From positions 13,764,001 through 13,828,000 of the forward strand of contig NW_026889755.1 in assembly GCF_033153115.1 (NCBI RefSeq): a stretch of 64,000 nucleotides of DNA. The letters are read 5' to 3'. This document shows positions 1 to 11,040 of this stretch, in pieces (within the stretch, counting starts at the first letter, position 1; the number at the start of each line of letters is the position of its first letter). Made by a program: the position numbers and the translations under genes. The notes beneath the pieces were generated by a model. The model was not told the DNA's origin and searched no databases. It worked only from the letters and a program-made list of their open reading frames with translations. Source of the DNA: Saccostrea echinata (lineage: Eukaryota).

Positions 1-392
1 CGGACAGACAGACGCCGGACACCTTACTATTACATAAACTCTTCTTGTCTCTGACTGATTGATTGTTTATTGTTTTACGTCCCATTCGAGAATATTTCAC
101 CAATATAAAGACGTAACCATATACCGGTGAAGGGTCTCAAATTTTGACCTTTACTCGGCACTTACGGATATTGAGTAGTGAAGGATCTTTATAGTGCCAA
201 CGCCTGCCGTGACACGGGACCTCGGTTTCTAAGGTCTCATACGAAGGACCCGCAACTTTCACTTCAAAGTGCCGAGGGCATGGCGAAGGAACAATTGTTA
301 CCCATTTTTTATCGACTTAGGTCAGTCACGGCCGAGATTCGAGCTCACGACCTCCCGATCACGTTCTGGTCTCTGACCAGTAGAGTTAAAAA
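1..392 (-). mobile_element. 5' end of a Helentron-derived non-autonomous element (HINE), split by a SINE
   Basis: (GACA/GACG)n microsatellite at 1-20 followed by a subterminal hairpin that reassembles as aactcttctggtc-tct-gaccagtagagtt-aaaa once the SINE at 56-363 is removed; a similar end is at 61871-61925. Confidence 0.6.
56..363 (-). mobile_element. tRNA-derived SINE, family A (Meta/MESC-like core, (CAAT)n tail), 5'-truncated
   Basis: Near-identical to copies at 17557, 42608 and 58998; B-box GAGCTCGAATC on the minus strand; 14-bp TSD ttct(t/g)gtctctgac at about 42-55 and 364-377. Confidence 0.9.
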
Positions 393-429
393 AAACGAAG
401 TCTGCTAGGGAACTATGCGCGAATTATTG

Positions 430-1790
430 GCAATTATTACAAAAGAAATAAAATTAGGTCGCATGGCAGGTCCTTTTCCTAGCCCCCATTTCCCAACCTT
501 AGGTGTAACCCGGTTGGTGTATTACCTAAAAAGGACGGTGGATGGAGGTTGATTTCAAACCTGTCAGCACCAATTAGCAATAGCATCAATGAGCATATTG
601 ACCCAATTTTATAATCAATCTCCTGCAGTTCCTTTGACCAGGCAGTTTCCATGATTCAAAAAATGGCAAAGGCGCATTACTCTGCAAGATGGATTTGTTT
701 AGTGCATTTAGACTTTTACCAATTCACCCTGCAGATTTTCTTTGTTGGGTATGTGCATTCAAGACAAATATTATTTTGACATGTGCATGTATTTTGGTTG
801 CTCCATAGCTCGTTCAACATTTCAAAAATTCTCATCTTTCTTACACTGGCTGGTAGCACAAAAGGCCCAAAATCAAAAGATCATTCATTACCTAGATGAT
901 TTCTTGTTTGCCGGGAGACAAAATACTTCACAATGTTCCGAACTCCTCAAAATATTTCAGTTAAACTGTAGAGAGTTAGGCATCCCAATAAATGACATAA
1001 AAAAGAAAGAAACCCGAAGGTCCCAGTTTTCTACGTTTTGGGATTGACACAGTGGAACAGAAAATCTTTATTCCTGACAATAAGGTTATAGAACTTCAGT
1101 ATAAGCTTACATCGCTTGTTTCTTCCAAAAAAGTAACACTCAAAGAAATGGAATCACTTTGTAGATCCCTAAACTTTTATGCAAAAGCCATCCCTGGTAG
1201 CAGAGCATTCAATCGCCGTTTTTACAATACAACAGTTGGCATTTTCACAATACAACAATTGGCATCAAGAAATATTGCTTCTTGATAAAGGTTACACAAG
1301 CTGTTAAAGAGAATGCTAGGGTTTGGCTTACATTTCTCAAAGACTACAATGGGCATTCTTCATTCCCTGAAATATCTTGGTCAAGTAACGAGTCCCTTAA
1401 ACTTTTCACCGATAGTTGCGATTCCATCGGTGGAGGTGCAATTTTTAAGTATCACTGGGCAGTTATTTTCTGGCCAGCATCATGGGATCCAGATATTCGT
1501 AGGGATATCACCTTTTTGGAACTGGTGCTTATTCTCTTAGCTACTTGGGTTTGGGTCGATTACTTTACCGCAAAAAAAAAAATATTGATTAGTACTAACA
1601 TTGCTTTAGTTCATATTTTAAATTCCCAGACCAGAAAGTCTCAGAGGGTCATGACATTATTAAGGCCATTAATATTGCTATGCATTAGGCATAACATTCA
1701 GATTAAAACTATTCATACTCCAGATCAAAATTCTACCGCAGATTCAATTCTCGATTTCAATGGGAAAGATTCAGAACCTTGGCTCCCCAA
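430..1790 (+). pseudogene. Reverse transcriptase / RNase H of YR retrotransposon copy 1 (frameshifted)
   Basis: ORFs 742-1047 (YYFDMCMYFGCS...HYLDDFLF), 1052-1285 (KKVTLKEMESL...PGSRAFNRR) and 1282-1839 (LFTD...LEL...HTP). Confidence 0.9.
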
Positions 1791-1829
1791 GCAGACAAGA
1801 TTCCAGCCAGTATGCCTCCGGCATTATTG

Positions 1830-2712
1830 TCTCTCTTAGACCACATGTAGAAAGTTTGCTTGAAGCAGCATTATCAAAAAACACTGCTTCAACTTACCAA
1901 AAGGGCATTAACTCTTTTGAAACCTTCCGTTCTAAATACAATTTTGACTTGTTTTGGTCTCCACCAGTTCACCAGATCACTACATTGCATACCTCCATAG
2001 AAATCAAATATATTCAACAGCAAGATGTTATTTAAGCGGTATTAGTTACAAAATCCAGTTAGAATGGGATATTAACAACACTAAAGCCTTTCTAGTTAAG
2101 AAAATGTTAGAAGGTTTCCGTAGGCTAAATCCGGCAAAAGACCTACGATCACAAATCTCTCTACAAATGCTACATCAAATGATACCAATTGTACCCACAG
2201 AGTGCCCAAACATGTACGACGCCACAATGTTTTCAACTGCCTTCCAATTAGCATTTTTAGCACTGCTGCGCATTAGCGAATTTACTTTCACCAGTTACTT
2301 CACACCGGTACTATCTTTCCAATATATCACCATTGACGACGAAAAAATTTCTTTGTTTATCAAAGGTTCAAAAACTCACTAATATCGTAGGGGTACCACG
2401 TTACTAATCGCATACAGTTCTCAAACCGAATCTTTATTCAAACACATGCACAATTTTTTGTCAATTCGTCCTCAAATACAAAGTCCCCTTTTTTGCCATC
2501 TCAATGCTAAACCTCCTCTCACCAAATATCAATTCACATCACTGCTACACAAAGCTGTCAAAGTTCTTGGTTTAGACACATCTATATTCAAATCACACTC
2601 ATTCAGAATAGGTGGGTCTACTCATTTGTACTTGCAGGGAGTTTCTGATGAGGACATTAAATCTAAAGGTAGATGGAAATCTGCCGAATTCAATTCTTAA
2701 ATTAGATTTTAA
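1830..2712 (+). pseudogene. Tyrosine recombinase of copy 1
   Basis: ORFs 1760-2035, 1954-2382 (LLRISE, IKGSKT) and 2446-2700 (HSFRIG...GRWKS); the catalytic Tyr codon is mutated to a stop (tct TAA att aga). Confidence 0.9.
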
Positions 2713-2774
2713 TGGTGATGTTTATGCCTGCAACCTTATCGTATTCTAACTGAATACTAAGATTGCAGGTCATA

Positions 2775-3335
2775 CTATTGTTTGGATTATTGGATCATCC
2801 ATAGTCCATTATGCCGCACTTCATGATGACAAGCAATTTGGAAACGCTCATCTAGACCACCAACAGCACAATATTACAGTATTTTGGTCTGGTAAGAGTG
2901 GCATTAGAGCCTAAAGTAAATCATCTTGTTGACCAAACGGGGCATCCCGATTTTGTATTGATACACTGTGGAGGCAATAATATAGGCACTATGCCATTGC
3001 GTAGACTTCAAAAGTATATGAAATTGAGTATCGTTAACTTGCAAGTCCTGCTGCCAAACACACGCTTCATATGGTCCCAAATACTCCCAAGAAATTACTA
3101 AAGACACATTGCCCTCAAACACTGCAGCCGAGAAAGCCCGTATAAGAATAACAAATCCTTAGCACCATTCGTGTTGTCAAGTAACGGTGCATATATAAAA
3201 TATGCAGATCTGTAGCAGTGTACATGAAAATTATATCGTGATTGAATACACTCGTCCAATACCACTCAGGTTATATTTTTGAACACTATTCGCCAGGGAT
3301 AACTCTGCATTGTGCGTAGAAATGCCAAAACTTAA
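2775..3335 (+). pseudogene. SGNH/GDSL hydrolase ORF downstream of YR (Ngaro-type accessory ORF)
   Basis: VWIIGSSIVHYA at 2780 (block I), PDFVLIHCGGNN (block III), IWSQILPR, and RD*IH near 3237 (degenerate DGxH). Confidence 0.8.
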
Positions 3336-4387
3336 CCCCCCCCCCCCCCCACCTTCTTCCGTGTGAATATGTGAATAGTCTCCCAGTCATGGCATTGGGG
3401 CTAAATTTTGCCCGCTTATGGCGGATGTCTTCATGTATCATATTTTATTTATCATACATATGGCCGAAGTTTAAGTAAGCCTGCCCCGGATTCGGTTTTC
3501 TTCCAGGTCCGTGGCCAATAATTGGGCTTATTCTAAATGACACATTGATAGAATACATTGAGTGACTGAAAACATTGATGCACTGATTGATTGTCATGTT
3601 GACTGATTGAAACATTCATTGATATAAAACGTTCATTCATATGTTGCTTGTTGTGTTGTTTGATTGAAGTATTAATTGAAATATTGACTGATTGATCAAT
3701 TTATTGGATGTTGATTTTACATCATACTAACCAAGTCGATTTAGATCACGTATTTTAGTTTAGTGACATAATACAATGGATTGATACAGTGTTTGTCAAA
3801 TTTGATTTCAACATATATACATTTATATTTCATGCATAATTTTACGGCACATCTTTGTAGTCTAAGGGCAAAAACTCTCACTAAATACACTTTACGGATT
3901 ACGTAACTCGGTACGACTTGACAATCAATACGCAGTGTGTACACTCTGAAAATACGTCATAAAACCATCCCAAGCAAGGGCTACAAAGCCGTTAAATGCA
4001 GAATCAGCACATGTGCAATTTTCTGCAGTTTAACAAAAAAGTGAACGGTATGTACATGTAAGTCAGTTGTGATATACGTTATTGCAAATCGGTTTTCGTT
4101 TGTAAATTGTTATCACAAACAATATTACGAAAGTTCATACTAAATCTATATAGGCTTCATATTATTCTCTTGTCCTGCGCCGCGCGGGCCGAGCATGGAG
4201 CCATGTTGGCAGTGAATTGGGCGCGTGTGTGCCTCCTTTTGTAAAGATATAGGGTGAACTATTCAAACAGATTGGCACACCATTCGACAGCGGCTTACAT
4301 TTGTGGCCCCCTTATGAGTTGCCTGTCTTGGATAACGGCATATTTATAGTGCCGCATATCAGTCAGAGAGGTCTCAAAATTCAGACA

Positions 4388-4565
4388 ATGACACAAGTGT
4401 TGATTTTGGGAGTTCCCATGCGAATCGTCGATCTGAAGCAATATCTAGACAGGAATCGCCAACTAAATAATTTTGCTTTTGTAAACGATCCCCAAATAAA
4501 CTTTTACGGTATCGTTGGAGGCCGCATAGACTCGGCTCACTGCCATCGCTGGGAACAGCAAATAT
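4388..4565 (+). pseudogene. N-terminal fragment of a second SGNH-like ORF
   Basis: MTQVLILG(SSH)...LKQY...NFAF...INFYGIVGGRI parallels MAPLHVLVMGHSFIRRLRDY...NLRL...EFRAAGG at 49355; truncated by the insertion at 4583. Confidence 0.55.
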
Positions 4566-4582
4566 CCACGCAGGGGTAATAA

Positions 4583-5592
4583 GGAAGCATACAAAATATT
4601 CTACCTTGACTTAATCAGTGCTACATTATGACGTCATAGTAGGCGAGATGACGTCAATTTTAGAATACAAGTTTTCGTAATATTCGTATTATAGAGATGT
4701 AATTTAATTCTAGAAAATGAATAGAAACGTGTAAACATTAACAAAAATAAAATGTTTTTATTTTGTTATGCTGTATCTGTCATTTTGATTAAAATCTACC
4801 ACCGATGACGTCATATGTGTACTTCAAGTAACTTGGGAATTGATCATGTCGTGTAAAGAGAATTTGGCTAAGACGGCATGTACAAAGATACGTAAAATGG
4901 AGTTTAAAAGCAAATATCCTGAATATTTTGTGAAATTCATATGGAGTTCAGTTACTAAAACAGGTATGTTAATTTATTTTCATCGATTGTATTCTCTTCG
5001 AGGACAGTCAGCTATATACGTATCCCGGTCGGCCTTTCCTCTGTCATTTGTGACAAAAATAATGCAGCAGAACAACAATAAGCTGTATATTTCAAAACAT
5101 AAGATTTGTACAGATGGAAAGTTTGCCTCCTAATACAGATGGAAAGTTTGCCTCCTAAAATACTTGGAAAGTGCTGCTAGAATCCCGAGTTGAGCATGGT
5201 TTTACGAAAAATCTCGGTTTATATGTATAAAATTCAAAACATCGGGTAAGGTTTCGTGCGAATGTGTGGAATTATTATTTTACTGACGGGACAGTGGGAT
5301 TCTAGCAGCACTTTTTAGGCAAAATAGATGTTTTCCAACTATATTATTTACTCAAAGAAATTATTACACTTCGGGGTATTGTTGTTCTGTAAGCTTTTTT
5401 ACCAAGGAAAATTTCGCTATTAATAGAAGTCACGTGATGCCGTGGTGGTGGTGCACGTCTTTGCGTTAGACACTCTTTTATCTTTATGCAATAGATAATA
5501 ATAGTTTACATTTATCAGCGGTTTTGGTAAATTATCAAACTTAATTTTCTTTAAAAAGTCTAAATTTCCAGAGAATTGACTTATATGCTTCC
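4583..5592. mobile_element. Non-autonomous Kolobok-type DNA transposon (about 1.0 kb)
   Basis: TIRs GGAAGCATA / TATGCTTCC, right flank TTAA, left flank ATAA (one change); GG...CC termini with a TTAA TSD fit Kolobok. Confidence 0.65.
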
Positions 5593-6200
5593 TTAACATA
5601 CCCGCGCAGGTGGCTACCACATCATCTTGTCTTTCATGCCGGCGGAAATGATATGGATGACGTAGATTGTTCCGAGAAACTAGCAAATGAAATAGCAATG
5701 CGCTTAGTTGCCTTTTTTTAAAATAAAAAATCCCCATTCTTAGCCTCTCGTTTTCTTTGCATTAAAATAACGGTTAAAATGAAATCGGCTATTTTGAAAT
5801 ATCGCTTATATTGAAGCCACTGATCGGTCCCCAGAGGTGAAAATGAGTTGTTTTCATAACGGTTATATTGAAGTACTCCCTGGCGGCTGTCATTACGGTT
5901 GGTGACAGTAATTGCCTGACTGACCGGTTGATATACAAGTGTGTGAATTGATAAGTTCTCACCTTGTGTGCTTTTATACTGCTTTTGTAAAATAAAATTT
6001 ATTCCTTGTTGAATTCATTGTTTTCATGTATACAGACGTATTGAGGCTAGACGTAATATGGGAACCCCACAGAAAAGTTAAAAAACCTTATCTTTGGACA
6101 CTAAATACGAATTAGTTATGAGTATCGATTAGAGTACAAAGCCTAAATCCGAAACAGCTTAGGATTTTGGGATTAACCCGAGTACACTTACAATGATATA

Positions 6201-6497
6201 TTGATTGTTTGTTGTTTAACGTCCCTCTCGAGAATTTTTCACTCATATGGAGACGCAAACACTTGCCGGTGGAGGGCTACAAATTTTGACCTATACTCTG
6301 CACTCAGGGCCATTGAGCTGCAAGGGATCTTTATAGTGCCAGCACCTACTGCGACACGGGACCTCGGTTTATACGGTCTCATGCGAAGGACACGTCTCCA
6401 CGTCCCGCAGTGGGATTCGAACCCGCGACGTAAGGATCAACTCCTTACTCCGCGACTCTAGAGCAAATGCTCTAACCACTGCTCCACGCGGGCGACT
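6201..6497 (-). mobile_element. tRNA-derived SINE, family B (same core and tail as family A, different tRNA head)
   Basis: Shares GAGACC..AAACCGAGGTCCCGTGTC..GGCAC.ATAAAGATCCC core and GGGACGTTAAAC tail; A/B boxes TGGAGCAGTGG and GGTTCGAATCC; degenerate TSD a(c/t)aatga(t/c)ata. Confidence 0.8.
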
Positions 6498-7334
6498 ATA
6501 ATGACATACAAGCAGCGTTCAGCAGTTATTGAAGCGTTCGAGTCCGGTAATTTTTCTCCAAAACGAAAAAGAATGCGATCGGGGAATTAAAGCGAGCGAA
6601 GCGCCGCTCGTCACTGCGAGCTCTTAAAGCAACGCCTGGGCGAAGAGAAAATTCGGACTTTGCACATTAATCCAAATGAATTTTTTTCCGCAGTTACCTG
6701 TGGTCCCATAATGCTTAGCGAATTGCATCTCGACGCAAATTACGTTCTCGCGGTAGCAAAAAAAATTCAACAAAAAATAAAATCACCTTGATTTAATGGA
6801 TATATAGCAGATAAATAGTAGATTAAACGTTCTTGATTAAAATTAGCACTGACCAGACTCCGTTTTGGTAATGCAGCATACATATGACGTCAGAGTCTAG
6901 ACGTAGCAAATATCACGTGCGGTTTGACGAGCCCGATCTAAATTAAAACTGAAAGGTATCTGCGCTCGCCCTAACGGTCGCACCGTCAACATATTAATGA
7001 AGTTGAGGATTTTCTTTTCAAATGGATCACAAACGCAAGACCCTCAAACATAGTATTCCGTGTAATCTGTTCACTGTAATAGATAAACGATGACCAAATT
7101 AATTTATTCGGGTTTGTTCTTCTTCATTTTAGATAGCGATTGAACTTATAAAAATGGCGGCTGCAGTCGATTTCGCTTAAATTGAATTACGGATATATTG
7201 AAGTAATTTGCATGGACACTGTATTCCCTCTAAGAATGAATACACAGTTTATTACAAGTAATTACATATTACTCCTGTGCAATTAATACTTAATGGAACT
7301 TTTAGTACCTGTTACTAAGACATAAAAAACAAAA

Positions 7335-7612
7335 AGAAACGATGTGTTTGTGAAACACTATGCACCCGGCAGCAACAAAGTTCGATAAAGCTATTTTTAG
7401 CATATAGGTCACAGTCAAGGTCACAAGGTCATTGACTTTAGTGTCATTTGAAGGAGCGTAATTAGTGGAGTATGCATACCAAATGTGAAGTCTCTATCTC
7501 TCATGGTTCAAAAGTTATGGCGAAGGTTAAAGTTGACAACAGACAGACAAACAGACAGACAGGACAAAAACAATATGCGCCCCCGATCTATCGATCCGGG
7601 CGCAGAAAAATA
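7335..7612 (-). mobile_element. Short HINE / Helentron-derived element
   Basis: gatgtgtttgtgaaacac end hairpin, caaggtca motifs, (GACA)n microsatellite and terminal gcccccgatc..gatccgggcgc-aaaa hairpin. Confidence 0.7.
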
Positions 7613-7844
7613 TCAGTCATTATAGTAACAATACTTGATCAAGCAAAGAATTCATACTATATGAGTTACACACCTTTTACTTCTAGGATACTGTAGAACC
7701 ACCAAGAAAGTCAAGGCGTAAAGCAAGTAAACGGCCTGCACCGCGTAACATCTCAAGTAATCACGCTCAAATTTCCACGCAAGCCGTGGTTGAAGATCCT
7801 GGTATGCAATTCAATAATCAAATCCAACAATAAATAAAATAATA

Positions 7845-8285
7845 TATCTCTCAGTTGATTCGATACGCAAGAGCATGCTCTACGTATGTACATTTTCTAA
7901 AACGAGGTAAATTATTGACAAATAAGTTGATGAAACAAGAATATCAGCTGTCTCGTCCAAAGTCATCATTTCGTAAGTTCTATGGTCGATACAATGACCT
8001 TGTCAGCAAATATAATTTATCATTGAGTCAAATGCTGACTGACGTTTTTCATACTAATTGTTAGGCCTTTATTTACACACTGAATTGTCGACGGATTTTT
8101 CCGTTATTTCCCGATCATGACAAGGAGCACACGGCGGGTGTGACCGGTCGGCAGGGGATGCTCACTCCTCCATGGCACCTGATCCCACCTCTGATGTTTG
8201 GAGGTCCGTGTTTGCTCTGCTCCTATTTTGTATTGTATAATGGACTTTTGAGTTTGAATACTGTTCGTTAGCTCCATATATTTCA
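7845..8285 (+). mobile_element. Penelope-like element 3' remnant (RT C-terminal region plus tail)
   Basis: ISQLIRYARACS...LTNKLMKQEY...SFRKFYGRY.DLV; tail ggcgggtgtgaccggtc..ggggatgctcactcctc recurs at 42290-42340 and (reversed) near 16180-16240. Confidence 0.65.
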
Positions 8286-8287
8286 TC

Positions 8288-10180
8288 GAGCTGCTATCCC
8301 GGACATTACTAACTCGGTTATCTCAGCTTTAAAGGCTCAAGGAGTCATTACCATGCAGCAACAAGTACCACACTCTGAACCCCTCCCCCTCCCACCTTCA
8401 ACATCAGCTGAAGTCGGTCCACCACAAACACCTGTAACATTGGTTTCCTCTGATTTATGCACAGAGGCAGGGAATAATACCACGGCTGGTTCGATTCAAA
8501 TCTCGGACTTGAATGAAAGTTGAACTCAATTGTTAAGCACAGGTACAGGTAATAATAATGCACAACCTAGTCAGCAGTCTTTAGAATTTGAAACAACTGC
8601 TATTAATGTTTCAAGTTCCAGTATTTCAAAACCACTGGCATTGGGGGTTGATCCCAAAATTAAAGTGAACATTTGGGCAAATGAATACTGTATATTGATT
8701 TAAGGAGTTTATTTACCAAAAAATTTCCAAAGATACTTTTTCAGGTCATCGAATCCCAAGAGTGGGATACCCGGTAAGTTGGGAGAAACAGCCGCCTCCA
8801 AAATATTGTTTTGAGTCTGTGGCACACTGGCTGTCTGTCTTCCTTGTATTTGTCAGTATATATTATGAAAAGTACCCAAACCAAGCCTGTGCTTTAATGA
8901 AATACCCCAATACAATTCAAATATTAGCAAGAAGGTCAGGTGACATTGCGGCTTTTAATTATGACCGTGCTCTTCGGGAATGGTGCGAGTATGAATGGAA
9001 AAAAATTACCCTGGGATCAGGTAAACAATGAACTATACACAGAATAGGTGTCCTTGGGGATAACAGCTATATTCAATTCCCTGAAGGTACTGGTCAAAGC
9101 CAAAACAATTTGGGTAAAAGTCGGGGGCCGCCCTTTCTCTCCACTGGAAGAGAGGGCTCTACTGTTACAGCTTCAACAACAATGGCAAATGTGAGCGAGG
9201 GCCAGACTGTGAAAAATGTGGATGTATGCACAGCAAGAATGTAAAACCCAGTCTCACAAAAGAAAAAGTCAGATGCAGGGTTAAACGTTGACCAAAAAAG
9301 ATAAAGTGGATCAAAGAGCAACCTCCACAAAATAGTATGGTTACTCCAATCAGAGTCTCAAAACTTAGCAAGTGGCTGGGTAGGAATGATAAAGAAAACG
9401 AACAATTTCTTATTAATGGGTTTAGGCAAGGTGTTATAATACCTTACAAAGGAGAAAGTAAGTACTGATTCAGTAAAAAAACTACAGACTGCGGTGGAAC
9501 ATTCAGAAATTTTGAAGAAAAAAATTTCAAAAGAGGTCAAAGCCGGACGGGTTGCTGGAGCTTTTGTTAAAGTTCCTTTTCCTGATTTGCAAGTTTCCTT
9601 ACTAGGTTTGGTACCTAAAAGAGTCCCTGGGGAATTTAGGGTCATCCATCATCTATCACATCCTAATAAAAAATCAATCAATGATGGAATTCCAGATGAA
9701 GTTTGCACAGTTCAGTATCAGACAGTAGATGACGCCATTAAGTTGGTCAAGTTTTATGGGAAAAATTGCTTGTTGCTTAAGATAGATATAGAAAATAGTT
9801 TTAAAATTATCCCCATACATCCCAGTTGTCATGACTTGCAAGGTTTTGCAATAAATAGTCAATTCTTCAATGATAAAACGTTACCCATGGGCTTCAGTTA
9901 CTCATGTAGGTTATTTGAAACATTTAGTAGTTCCTTACATTGGATTATAAACAATAAAATGAGAAGTGGTGGGTATGTTCATATTTTGGATGATTTTCTT
10001 TTGTGGAACCTGCTTGTTCTCAGTTGTGTAAGCAGACATTATCATAGTTTTTAAATATGGCTGAAGAAATAGATTTGCCTATAAAAAAGGGGAAGACAAT
10101 TCTACAAACTACTACCATTACATATTTGGGGCTGGAATTTGACTCGGAGGTTAAGCTACCTATCGATAAGCTTATAAAGA
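8288..10180 (+). mobile_element. DIRS/Ngaro-like retrotransposon copy 2 (Gag plus RT, 3'-truncated)
   Basis: Gag: LALGVDPKIKVNIWANEY, IYYEKYP..ALMKY, FNYDRALR, CYSFNN..C..C. RT: KEVKAGRVAGAF, FRVIHHLS, KIDIENSFKIIPIHP, LPMG, HILDDF. Confidence 0.9.
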
Positions 10181-10199
10181 ACAAGAGCCACGAAGTATC

Positions 10200-10332
10200 A
10201 AAAGGTCATCAGACGTTTTTATTGAGGGGGCACAAGCATATAGTAGCTATGTTTTCTACTGTAATCTATATATCGGCAAAATTATTGGGGGCACGGTCCC
10301 CCCGTGCCCCCCCCCCCGTTCCTACGGCCATG
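10200..10332. mobile_element. Partial hAT-like MITE (same family as 63584-63809)
   Basis: Shares tatagtagctat..atcggcaaaatt..gggggcacgg..ttcctacggccatg with 63710-63809. Confidence 0.6.
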
Positions 10333-10624
10333 AATATACTGTGATTCTATGACGTTAACGTTATAAGAACATAATGTATTCCGTCATAGAAAAGAATCCA
10401 CCAAAATGGGCCCTTCTTGAAAAATTAAGGAAAATTTATCATAAATTTTGTTTTCCATGAATAGGAAAAATAGTCTTTGCTTTGATATCTTAAAGTTGTT
10501 TTTTTTTTTCACAAAAATTATGATTTTAATGAATTTCTTTTTTTAAATACAAAATATGACGCCACGACACTAAACAGATTAATACGTGATAAAGGATGTA
10601 TTACTTCCTAAAATAATATATAGG

Positions 10625-10945
10625 ATTAATTGATTGTTGTTTTCTATCCCTTTTGAGTGTTTTTTCACTCATATGAGACATCATCATACACCGGTGAAGG
10701 TCTTCAAATTTAGACCTCTACTCGGCACTCATGGCCATTGAGCTGTGAGGGTTCTTTATCACGAACGCCTACCGTGAAACAGGACCTCAGACTTTAAGGT
10801 TTCATTTCACTAATAATGCTGGGTGCTTGGTGAAGGAGCAGTCACTGTCTATGTTTACTTACATGTACTTTTGACGTGGCGTCAGGAACAAGAATCAAAC
10901 TTGGTACCTCAGATCCCGATCACAAGCGAGCACCCTACCACAATC
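10625..10945 (-). mobile_element. Older, diverged tRNA-SINE copy
   Basis: Alignable to family A (ccggtgaagg, ctcggcactc, ggccattgagc, cccgatcac..gcgagc). Confidence 0.75.
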
Positions 10946-11006
10946 GGTAAATATAGGAGGGTAAAAATTACTAGCATTTATTTCCCAATATAAAGTGGTA
11001 TTTTAT

Positions 11007-11007
<1 letters not shown>

Positions 11008-11040
<33 letters not shown>

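Larger units (their letters stand above)
395..3740 (+). mobile_element. DIRS/Ngaro-like tyrosine-recombinase retrotransposon copy 1 (5'-truncated, degenerate): RT - RNase H - YR - SGNH
   Basis: KEIKLGRMAGPF, DLFSAFRLLPIHP and HYLDDFLF (RT); LFTDS and ITFLEL (RNase H); ALLRISE, HSFRIG and GRWKS (YR); downstream SGNH ORF; many frameshifts and stops. Confidence 0.92.

Noticed and set aside
178-408. Repeated 76-84 aa ORF (also 17669, 42730, 6201) as a gene family
   Set aside because: Antisense reading of SINE copies bounded by TSDs.
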